The notes beneath the pieces were generated by a model. That model saw nothing but the letters and a program-made list of their open reading frames with translations, did no database searches and was not told the origin of the DNA. A program made the translations under genes and the position numbers. A DNA stretch of 64,000 nucleotides from Macrostomum hystrix (Eukaryota; Animalia; Platyhelminthes), in contig CATNEN010000039.1 of NCBI GenBank assembly GCA_950097015.1, forward strand, positions 5,332,001 through 5,396,000, read 5' to 3'. Positions within the stretch are counted from its first letter, which is position 1. Each line of letters opens with the position of its first letter. Positions 25,101-37,100 of this stretch are shown here, piece after piece.

Positions 25101-28100
25101 TGTCTTTGAAGAGGTCCAGTTTTTAGTGCTTTTGAAGAGGTCCAGTTTTTAGTGCTTTTGAAGAGGTCCAGTTTTTAGTGTCTTTGAAGAGGTCTAGTTT
25201 TTAGTGCTTTTATAGAGGTCCGGTTTCTAATGCCTTTGAAGAGGTCCAGTTTTTAGTGTCTTTGAAGAGGTCCAGTTTTTAGTGCTTTTATTGAGGTCCG
25301 GTTTCTAATGCCTTTGAAGAGGTCCAGTTTCTAATGCCTTTGAAGAGGTCCAGCTTTTAGTGCTTTTGAAGAGGTCCAGCTTTTAGTGCTTTTATAGAGG
25401 TCCGGTTTCTAATGCCTTTGAAGAGGTCCAGTTTTTAGTGCCTTTGAAGAGGTCTAGTTTTTAGTGCTTTTAAATTCACCTCGGTGTTTCCGCAAACGAC
25501 AGCTTCCAGCAGGCAGTCGTGGATGAAGATGTACTGGTCCTCAGTCTGCACCATGTAGTTCCGCTGCGCCCTCAGGCAGGTCACGTGACCGTAGACGTCC
25601 AACGTCTTCTCCTGCTTCATTCGCTCCAGCATGGCGTCGATGACAATGAATGCGCCGGTGCGGCCGACCCCGGCGCTGCAGTGGACAACAATGGGCCCGG
25701 CGTCGGGCGGGTTGGAGGCCCGCACCCGGCGGGCGAACATCAGCAGGGGGGCGCAGTGCTCCGGCACTCCGTGGTCCGGCCAGGCGGTGAACTGGAAGTG
25801 GTGAATCTCGCGCTTTTCGCTGGCGCCCTGTGGGAAAATCATATCAATTTTTGTGAATAGACGTGTCATTGTCTTGTGATTTTCTGGATTTCTGGATTCT
25901 AGGAATCTAGAGTTTCCCGGATTCTTGGATTCTAGAGTTTCCCGGATTATTGGAATCTAGAGTTTCCCGGATTCTTGGATTCTAGAGTTTCCCGGATTCT
26001 TGGAATCTAGAGTTTCCCGGATTCTTATATTCTAGAGTTTCCCGGATTCTTGGAATCTAGAGTTTCCCGGATTCTTATATTCTAGAGTTTCCCGGATTCT
26101 TGGAATCCAGAGTTTGCCGGGTTCTTGAAATCTAGAGTTTCCAGGATTCTTGGAATCTAGAGTTTCCTGGATTATTGGAATCTAGAGTTTCCAGGATTCT
26201 TGGAATCTAGAGTTTCCAGGATTCTTGGAATCTAGAGTTTCCTGGATTCTTGGAATCTAGAGTTTCCAGGATTCTTGGATTCTAGAGTTTCCCGGTTTAT
26301 TGGAATCTAGAGTTTACCGGATTCCTGGATTCTAGAGTTTCCCGGATTCTTGGAATCTAGAGTTTCCCGGATTCTTGGAATCTAGAGTTTCCCGGATTCT
26401 TGGAATCTAGAGTTTCCTGGATTCTTGGAATCTAGAGTTTCCCGGATTCTTGGATTCTAGAGTTTCCCGGATTCTTGGAATCTAGAGTTTCCTGGATTCT
26501 TGGAATCTAGAGTTTCCAGGATTCTTGGAATCTAGAGTTTCCCGGATTCTTGGAATCTAGAGTTTCCTGGATTCTTAGAATCTAGAGTTTCCTGGATTCT
26601 TAGAATCTAGAGCTTCCTGGATTCTTGGAATCCAGAGTTTCCTGGATTATTTGAATCTAGAGTTTCCCGGATTCTTGGAATCTAGAGTTTCCTGGATTAT
26701 TTGAATCTAGAGTTTCCCGGATTCTTGGATTCTAGAGTTTCCCGGATTATTGGAATCTAGAGTTTCCCGGATTCTTGGATTCTAGAGTTTCCTGGATTAT
26801 TGGAATCTAGAGTTTCCCGGATTCTTGGATTCTAGAGTTTCACGGCTTCTTGGAATCTAGAGTTTCCTGGATTCTTGGAATTTAGAGTTTCCCGGATTCT
26901 TGGATTCTAGAGTTTCCCGGATTATTGGAATCCAGAGTTTCCCGGATTCTTGGAATCCAGAGTTTCCCGGGTTCTTGGAATCTAGAGTTTCCCGGATTCT
27001 TGGAATCTAGAGTTTCCTGGATCATTGGAATCTAGAGTTTCTCGGATTCTTAGATTCTAGAGTTTCCCGGATTTTTATATTCTAGAGTTTCCCGGATTCT
27101 TGGAATCCAGAGTTTGCCGGGTTCTTGGAATCTAGTCGAGTTTCCAGGATTCTTGGAATCTAGAGTTTCCTGGATTATTGGAATCTAGAGTTTCCAGGAT
27201 TCTTGGAATCCAGAGTTTTCAGGATTCTTGGAATCTAGAGTTTCCTGGATTATTGGAATCTAGAGTTTCCTGGATTCTTGGAATCCAGAGTTTCCAGGAT
27301 TCTTGTAATCTAGAGTTTCCTGGATTATTGGAATCCAGAGTTTCCAGGATTCTTGGAATCTAGAGTTTCCTGGATTATTGGAATCCAGAGTTTCCAGGAT
27401 TCTTGGAATCTAGAGTTTCCCGGATTCTTGGAATCTAGAGTTTCCAGGGTTCTTGGATTCTAGAGTTTCCAGGATTCTTGGAATCTAGAGTTTCCTGGAT
27501 TCTTGGAATCTAGAGTTTCCAGGATTCTTGGATTCTAGAGTTTCCCGGATTATTGGAATCTAGAGTTTCCCGGATTCTTGGAATCCAGAGTTTCCCGGGT
27601 TCTTGGATTCTAGAGTTTCCCGGTTTATTGGAATCTAGAGTTTACCGGATTCCTGGATTCTAGAGTTTCCCGGATTCTTGGAATCTAGAGTTTCCTGGAT
27701 TCTTGGAATCTAGAGTTTCCTGGATTCTTGGAATCTAGAGTTTCCTGGATTCTTGGAATCTTAACAAACTTAACGGAATTTTTTAATCCTAGTTTTTTTG
27801 TCCAAGTAGTGCATCAGAATGGCCTATCAGAATTGTGTATTTATGAGACAGCCCCATGCATGAGAACACGCATGCGAGTGGAAAGTTCCTTGACTGAGCA
27901 TTAAGAAGATCCACTTTTGTCTAGCTTCTTTGCCTCTTCTCTCCCTGGCTCTCAAATTTGCTATGCTGTACCGAGAAGCTAAACTCAGCTTTTATCCAGG
28001 TTCTAATTGCTCAATCTCTGTGCAGGCAAGCCTCTTCAATGGCTGCCTCTTTGTTCTTGCTGGCAAGTATCCTTGAGGCATATTTCCTTTGAAAAGGATT

Positions 28101-31100
28101 GCACAGATGCTTGGGGCGGTGATAAAGATAGGGACGGGAAAGATAAAAGCAAGGGTCACGTGTGAGCTAGAGCTAAGCTACTCAAAACAGTTTGAGCACA
28201 TCTAGCTTGAGTAGTTTCCCAGTTTGTCTATTCATTCGCTAGAATGTTAGATCGCTACAGTACTGACAACCGCCTATTCATGAGGTCGATGTGGGCCAGA
28301 TCCGAACCCTGATGCAACTAACTGACTAGTGAAAACTTGGCTTCCAATTTAGGCGAGACAGTCAATGCTGCGCTATCTATATCTCCTAAGATATCTACAA
28401 TCAATAAGGTAACGATAAAAATGTAGAACAGGTAACTAGCCTTACCCCTTGCCTAACAGGTAATAAACATTAACCCTTGCCTAACAGGTAATAAACCTTA
28501 ACCCTTGCCTAACAGGTAATAAACATTAACCCTTGCCTAACAGGTAATAAACCTTAACCCCTTGCCTAACAGGTAATAAACCTTAACCCCTTGCCTAACA
28601 GGTAATAAACCTTAACCCCTTGCCTAACAGGTAATAAATCTTTACCCCTTGCTAGGTGATAACAGGCAACAGTTAACAGGTAACAAACATTACACCTGTC
28701 TAACTGGTAACGACAGTTGACAGTTGTCTAACAGGTGCTGAATATTGCAACAAATTTCCAGCCGAAAACTCACCGCCCTGTGCAATGCGAATGTTCGAAT
28801 TGTGTAATAAGCCAGCTCGAGTGTATCCAGCAGGCTGACAGTCATGTAGTCAAACATCTCGGCCCCCTTAGCTGGCCAGTACATGTCGCACTTGACCCGT
28901 GAGCGCTCCTCTAGTCTGGTCATCATCACCACGGTGCTAGTTTTCTGCTCCCAGACCATGCGCCAGAAATCGCCGATAGTGTCAGGCAGCGGCCCCTGGG
29001 TGGCGATGTACGCGTTCTGCCGCCTGTAGCCATCCATATAGTTGGCGTTGATGTAGTCGCTGCCAGGACAACCGTCTATGGACTGGAGCACAACCCGCGA
29101 ATGATCGTAGGCTATGACATTTGCATAGCGATTCTTGGCCTTGTTCACGTCCAGGTTGGAGTTCTCCCAGGTGAATTGTTGCCCCGGATCGATGGACTCG
29201 TACTCGGCCGAGAATTTCAGATTGTCGCTGGCCTTCAGACTGGCGACGTGGTCGATGAGCTGGGCCACTGGCACCGGCGGATGGCTGCTGAGGGCTGCAT
29301 ACAATTGGATGAGTTGTGCAATTTTAAATATGAAAATTAGCAGAAACATCTATTTCATGCTGCGTCACACGTCCGAAGAACACCAGTCACCAATGGGCTC
29401 GTGCTTGGAAGAAATACCCCCAGCAGTGTGTCATTTACGGAATCTAAGAATTATAGATATCAATTCAAAGTTCTTTACATGCCTAATTTTTTCAAAGCAT
29501 GCTAACTAAATGACGCACGCAGTGTTCCACATTCTGAGCCTGAAAAGTAGACAATATATATATTTCTAATTCGTTTTGTGAAACAAAAAATTCCAAATTA
29601 ATAATTTTATGTCTAAATGCAGACGCTATCGTGGATCGCCAAAAGACAGTTAGAGTGAAACCTAATTCTAGCAGTAGGACTCCTCCATCGGAGGACTTTA
29701 GTAAAACCTAGGGCCAGCGGAACTCCTCCTTCGGAGAACTTTAGTAAAACCTAGGGCCAGCGGAACTCCTCCTTCAGAGAACTTTAGTAAAACCTAGGGC
29801 CAGCGGAACTCCTCCTTCAGAGAACTTTAGTAAAACCTAGGGCCAGCGGAACTCCTCCTTCAGAGAACTTTAGTAAAACCTAGGGCCAGCGGAACTCCTC
29901 CTTCGGAAGATTTTACTAAAACCTAGGGCCAGCGGACTCCACTCTTGAAGGATTTTACTAAAACCTAGGGCCAGCGGACTCCACTCTTGAAGGATTTTAC
30001 TAAAACCTAGGGCCAGCGGAACTCCTCCTTCGGAAGATTTTACTAAAACCTAGGGCCAGCGGACTCCACTCTTGAAGGATTTTACTAAAACCTAGGGCCA
30101 GCGGAACTCCACTCTTGAAGGATTTTACTAAAAACCTAGGGCCAGCGGAACTCCACTCTTGAAGGATTTCACTAAAACCTAGGGCCAGCGGACTCCACTC
30201 TTGAAGGATTTTACTAAAACCTTGGGCCAGCGGAACTCCACTCTTGAAGGATTTTACTAAAACCTAGGGCCAGCGGACTCCACTCTTGAAGGATTTTACT
30301 AAAACCTAGGGCCAGCGGACTCCACTCTTGAAGGATTTCACTAAAACCTAGGGCCAGCGGACTCCACTCTTGAAGGATTTTACTAAAACCTAGGGCCAGC
30401 GGACTCCACTCTTGAAGGATTTTACTAAAACCTAGGGCCAGCGGAACTCCACTCTTGAAGGATTTTACTAAAACCTAGGGCCAGCGGACTCCACTCTTGA
30501 AGGATTTTACTAAAACCTAGGGCCAGCGGACTCCACTCTTGAAGGATTTTACTAAAACCTAGGGCCAGCGAACTCCTCCTTCGGAGGATTTTCGAGCAGA
30601 TTCTTGCGTCAGGATAGGGCTGAAGATCCAGTCCTGAATATTTGCTATAGAACTTCTCCTTCTTCAGACAATTAGTATCCACACTGAGCTCGTTTAGCAG
30701 AACAAATTTGAGATATTTATCGAGTCAAAGAATCTTACCTGGTGTCTGGAAATTGATTCGCCTCAGCTCTACTGGATCAGTCGGTCCGTAATGATGAGTA
30801 GTCGTGGCGGAGCTACCAGCCGAGCACAATGACAAGGTTGGCAAAGTGCCAACATGGTTAGACGACTGCAGCGTACCGAACTGCTGCTGCTGCTGCTGCT
30901 GACGCTGCAGCGTACCAGAGCCAACAACCGACTGCAGAGTTCCACCGCCGGCGCCGGACGCTGTGCAAAAGCTGGTGGAATTCTGCTGCTGATTGGAGAT
31001 TAGCGGCTGCTTGAGAGACGGCTCGACCAGGACCTGCAGCGGCTGCCGATTCGAATGCGCCCCGGATCCGTTGCGGAAGTTTCTGCCCCGCTCGGTGCCT

Positions 31101-34100
31101 TTTCTGCAGGAGGGCAGGAGATCATTGAGGAATGCGACTCAGTCTACTCCGCTGATACACCGAGTACACGCTGGCACACACTCACACAAGAGACTTTCTC
31201 AGGCAGTGTACACTCTCACTGTACGTTCTGTCAGCGGCTGCGCCTAAAATTAGGACTCCATCATAGTTAAACTTTGCTAATTATTGATTCTCTTTCAAAC
31301 TTGATCAAGCAAAATGAAAAAGTTTCATTGAGTTAGGAGCAGCCGCGATACCACAGCACACACCCAGTGCATCTCGGGTGCGTGCAAAACACAGAGGTCA
31401 GCCAACTGGGTGTGTTGAGCGAGTTTGCTCAAATTAAACGGCCCACGCGCGCGCAGAGTCATAAATTTTGAGTCGGTGATGGAAGCGGTTAAGTTGTGCT
31501 CGTAGTTTTGGTGGAAGCTACAATTTTGGAGTTGCTGTTTCCGAACGAAAAGCAGTCGTTAAAAACAAAAACACTTTCATGCAGTCCTGAATTGAGCTCA
31601 TTGCTGCTTTAAAGCAATAGTACATTTGATGATAAATTAACTACGCGATGGCCTCGATAAACTGCTGTCATGTGTTTGTTGTCTGCAACCGAAAAACTGG
31701 TCGAATGAAATAAAATTTGAAGACAAGAACGCGTCTGACAAGGAACAATGCGGTTGAGATCTAGGTCGGTTTGTTACGCATGATACACCCTATGTCACAG
31801 ATGGCACCATTTTACCATTTCTGCCATGAGTCTATGAGTCAAGAATGAGTCCGCAACGAGTCTACTAAAAGTTATAAAGAGTAGTCAACAATGATTCTAC
31901 CGAATGAGTCTACCATGAGTCTACCATGAGTCTACCATGAGTCTACCATAAGTCAACCATGAGTCTACCATGAGTAGTTTACTATGAGTCTACCATAAGT
32001 CAACCATGAGTCTACCATGAGTAGTTTACTATGAGTCTACCATAAGTCAACCATGAGTCTACCATGAGTAGTTTACTATGAGTCTACCATGAGTAGTTTA
32101 CCATAGGTCTACCATGAGTCTGCTGTGAGGCTAGCATGAGTCTGCTGTGAGGCTAGCATGAGTAGTTTACCCTGAGTCTATCATAGCTCACCTGCCGCAG
32201 ACGAAGCATCCCAGAGCAATGCAGCCGACTGTGATGCAGACCACAGCAGTCAGACCAAGCGCCGATGTCACCAGCACCACAATCAGCGTGAAATAGCTGC
32301 CCTCGTTGGATGCCCGACTCGGCGTTGCCACGGGAATGTGCGTGCCAAAGGCCTCCGACCACGGACTGTAGGTGCAGATGTCCCTCTCAGACTCCAGGCA
32401 GGCTGCGAGGAAGGACTGAACGATTGGGTTGGGATTGGTGCTGATAGTTTGGGATATTTTCAGATTTAAGATTGGGATGTAATAATATTGCATAATGGGA
32501 CGTTGTAGGAGGGGAGACTGTAGGATGGAATGTTGTGGGCTAAGATATTGTAGGCTAGGATATTGTCAGACGGGATATTTTAGGATGGGATATTTTAGGA
32601 TTGGATATTTTAGGATGCGAAAATTTTAGATGGGATGTTTTAGGATGGGGTATTTTGGGATGGGATATTTTAGGAAGGAATATTTTAAAATGGGATTTTT
32701 TAGGATGGGATATTTTTATATGAGATATTTTAGGATAGGATATTTTAGGATGGGATATTTTAGGATGAGGTTTTTTAGGATGGGATATTTTAGATTGGGA
32801 TATTTTAGGATGAGATATTTTAGGATGGGATATTTTAGGATGGGATATTTTAGGATGTCATATTTTAGGAGTGGATATTTTAGGATGGGATATTTTAGGA
32901 TGGGATAGTTTAGGATGGGATATTTTAGGATGTCATATTTTAGGAGTGGATATTTTAGGATGGGATATTTTAGGATGGGATAGTTTAGGATGGGATATTT
33001 TAGGATGTCATATTTTAGGATGGGATGGTTTAGGATGGGATATTTTAGGATGTCATATTTTAGGATGGGATAGTTTAGGATGGGATATTTTAGGATGTCA
33101 TATTTTAGGATGGGATAGTTTAGGATGGGATATTTTAGGATGGGATATTTTAGGATGGGATATTTTAGGATGGGATATTTTAGAATAGAAAACTGTAGGA
33201 TTCTAAACTATGGGAAGAAGTGACTGGTAACAGTCAGCTCAAAAATAGTCAGCAAACCTTGTACGCGGCGCCGGCCTGCAGCGGCTTGTTGAACGCTCGC
33301 CTCGTTGAGCCGCAAGTCTCCGCAGACAGGCCGGAGCCCAGCCTGAACTCGATGTAGCCTGCAGGCTGGTCAGCCGCGGCAGCCAGGCTGATGGACAACT
33401 GGCGAAATCGCTCTGCCGTGAAGCAGGCGGCGATGTACGGCTCCTTGGAGCTTGCCACGCGCAGGTCGACACTGATGGTCTCCAGGTCGCTGCGCTGGAA
33501 CAGCAGGTCCTGGCTGGTCGCTGATGCAGCTTCAGGAGCCACGACCAGGACGTAGCGTTTTACTACGCCGATTCGATCCGTTGCCCGACGCATTCGCAGC
33601 GTTATTATCTGCTGCGCAACTTCCTTGTCCACGGCCAGCGGCGGCTCCAGCCTCTCAGGCGGGAGGCTGTCAGTTTCGCAGGTCACCTCGGCGGAGGCTT
33701 GGCGACGACTGCTCATCGGACCAGAGAATCTGAGACGGGCGATAGATAAGCCATCGAATTCCACAGCCATTGTCCCCCGTCAAATCCAGCCTGTGACAGC
33801 CACAAACCCTGCCCCTCACACCCACAAACCCTGCCCCTCACACCCACAAACCCTGCCCCTCACACCCACAAACCCTGCCCCTCACACCCACAAACCCTGC
33901 CCCTCATACCCACAAACCCTGCCCCTCACACCCACAAACACTGCCCCACACACCCACAAACTCTGCCCCTCACACCCACAAACCCTGCCCCTCACACCCA
34001 CAAACCCTGCCCCTCACACCCACAAACCCTGCCCCTCACACCCACAAACCCTGCCCCTCACACCCACAAACCCTGCCCCTCACACCCACAAACCCTGCCC

Positions 34101-37100
34101 CTCACACCCACAAACCCTGCCCCTCACACCCACAAACCCTGCCACTATTACCCACAAACCCTGCCCCTCATACACACAAACCCTGCCCCTCATACACACA
34201 AACCCTGCCCCTCACACCCACAAACCCTGCCCCTCACACCCACAAACCCTGCCCCTCACACCCACAAACCCTGCCCCTCATACCCACAGACCCTGCCCCT
34301 CATACCCACAAACCCTGCCCCTCATACCCACAAACCCTGCCCCTCATACCCACAAGCCCTGCCTCTCAAACCCATCATTTCACAATGAAGACACAGCGGA
34401 GTCAACAAACCTGGCTGTAACTCGAATGTTGTATTTGGTGTTTGGCTGCAGTTCAGGCTTTGTTCTAAACTGAAATTCCTCAGCCCGCATGTCTGCAAGC
34501 GGCACCTCTTTCTCCGGGCTTGGCCAGCTAGTCTGCTGTTCGAGGCCGGAGTCGTCGATGAAGCGGCTGCTGGCCGTGAAGTTGTAGACGAACGATTCAA
34601 GGCCCTCGGCGTCAACAGGCCGCAGCCAGCGCAGGCCGAGGCTGTTCGGCCGGTTTTCCAGGCAGCGCAGGTCGCGCGGCGCTTCGCGATTGAACTGGCG
34701 CAGCAGGTGCGGCTCGGAGACGGGGCCCACGGCTGTGCCGTCCTGGCTCAGCCACTGAAATCTCAGGCTGTACTCGGAGCCCGGCTCCAGGTTGGCGAGG
34801 ATGAAGGGCTGAGCCGACAGGCCACCAACTCGCCTCTTTTCGTAGGCCTCGATCGGGGCGCTGGGGTCCGGGCTAAACAGAACTCGCATGTCGGCTATGA
34901 CTGTCTGAGCTGCCGACTGCGGCTGCTGCTGCTGCTGCTGCTGCTGCTGCGGCGGTAGAGACCAACCAATGCGGACACTTGTTGGGCTAAACCGATTTAA
35001 AACTATGCGGGAGGGCGGTGCTGCTGACTGCGGCTCCTGACGCAATCTCACCTGGATTAGACAGGTGATTAACAGGTGGCGAATGAAGCTAGCAAAGATT
35101 TACACTCCCACAATGAGCTACAGGACGCACATCCCTAATGAGCTACATCCTCACCCTCACAATGAGCTACGTACTCACAATGAGCTACATCCTAACAATG
35201 AGCTACATCCTAACAATGAGCTACATCCTAACAATGAGCTACATCCTCACAATGAGCTACATCCTCACAATGAGCTACATCCTCACAATGAGCTACATCC
35301 TCACAATGAGCTACATCCTCACAATGAGCTACATCCTCACAATGAGCTACATCCTCACAATGAGCTACATCCTCACAATGAGCTACATCCTCACAATGAG
35401 CTACATCCTCACAATGAGCTACATCCTCACAATGAGCTACATCCTCACAATGAGCTACATCCTCACAATGAGTTTGAATCCGGGGCACTCACAGGCATCT
35501 CATCCGAGTAAGGTCCAGGTCCGGCGGAGTTCCAAGCCCTGACCTTGAACAGGTATTTCCTAGTTGGATCCAGGTCGCGAATGACGGCGCTGGACTCGTG
35601 CGCGCTGATGTTGCGAGCTTTGGCAGACGCCGCCGGGTGAGCGCCGAGCGGCCAGTAGCTGACCTCAGTCTGGGTGATCTGCCCGTTCCGGCCAATTATG
35701 CTAGGCTTGAGTACGGACACCTCTACGGATGTCTCCGACTTTGTACTGACTGAGAAGGACTCCGGCTTCAGCGAAGGGGCTGCGGGTGATTTTCAAATAC
35801 GATCAGAGAGTCATTCACTGAAGTATGCAACACTTTGAGTGCATTTGCATCCATTTCATGCATTTGCATGAAATTTACGACCCTTGAGTGCCAACCTCCA
35901 AGACAGAGTGAGTGTGTACACTCGTGTGTGCCTGCGTACAGTAACTGTGTGCGCGTGTGCTCAGGAGTCAGCGGAATGGGCAGAATTGATCCTCGCTGGC
36001 TGCGGGTCTAGTGTCACCAAATGATTGCCCTCCTGCAGTTATTATTATTATTATTACAAGTTGTATTTATGACACGAAACCCATAATCATTGCTGCTGAC
36101 ACTCACGAATCTCTTTGACAGCCGCAAGGCAGGTGATGCTCTCTCCGAATCCTTCGTTATTCCTGGCCGACAGGCTGAAATTGTACACGGCGCCAAAGAG
36201 GACGTCCTTGCCGAACAGTGTGAAGGAGGTTCGATCTTTGCCCACTGGCAGGGCCGTGTCGCCAACTATTCCTAGCAGATCGGGCGGGTCAGTGACTCGA
36301 TAGAGCAGGCGGTACTCTTCAATCCGGGAGCCCCTCAGAGTGTCCGGAGCCAGCCAGTTCAAGTCGATGCTGGCCGAGCTGGGCGAATAGCGGACCAACG
36401 CCTCGAAGCGTTTGGGCGCCGATGGCACTGAAATGCAGGCAGATTCAACGCCGTTGCAGTCCAACTCATTGGCGAATCGCGGCCCCGGCCACTGCTGCGC
36501 CCCGGCGCCTAGCAACAGCAGCAGCAGCAGCAGCACATTCAGGAACATTCTCTCAAGCGGTGTTTATTTTCAAATTTCTACTTCCAAAGCATCGCTTCAA
36601 TTTGCGTGGGTGGGTATTTTCTAGCTGGCCTTTCTATTGAGCTTCGCCAGTGCTGCCGTAAAATTTATCCCCCAGTCTCCACTCGTTCTCTCCCCCCGTC
36701 TCTATGGGTCCTTCATCAAGCACTTCACAGTGCGAGCCCTCCGTGAATAGGCGTCTCGCCGCGCTGTGGGAGGCTGTCGGCGGGAGAGGGCAGAGCCAGC
36801 CAGACGAGAAGAGGCTGCGGAGGAGGAGGGGATGCCAGAAGCTACGCGGCGTGACCAGCGTTCCGTTTCAGCTGGCACAGCGGCGCTGGAGACTGAAAAG
36901 GGGATTTGCTCTCCTCCCTGCCTGTCCAATCGCGCGCATACAGATCCCAGATCCCAGGCCTCCAAGATGTGTCTCTCCCTCCCCCTCAATTCCTTCTGGC
37001 CTCTCCTTCCCTGTAGCAGAGCTGAGAAAGATTTTGGAACAAATTCGAGCCGCTAAGGCACAAACAGCTGCCCTACTCAACATGGACTCCTAAACCCCAG

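Noticed and set aside
5450-28652. CAG|GT splice-like motifs in arrays at 5450, 7155 and 28440
   Set aside because: They are antisense to the host genes and there is no evidence of a plus-strand transcript.
28440-28652. Telomere-like TTAACCC within the array
   Set aside because: A single motif per 28-29-bp unit, not tandem (TTAGGG)n.
25824-28782. 9-bp direct repeat (cgccctgtg) at both ends of a LAR D1 intron, as a possible TSD
   Set aside because: The offset (2950) does not equal the intron length (2946), and to my recollection this intron position is conserved in PTP genes.
29680-30592. CRISPR-like appearance of the 25-43-bp repeats
   Set aside because: Head-to-tail units with no unique spacers, eukaryotic context, and no cas genes.
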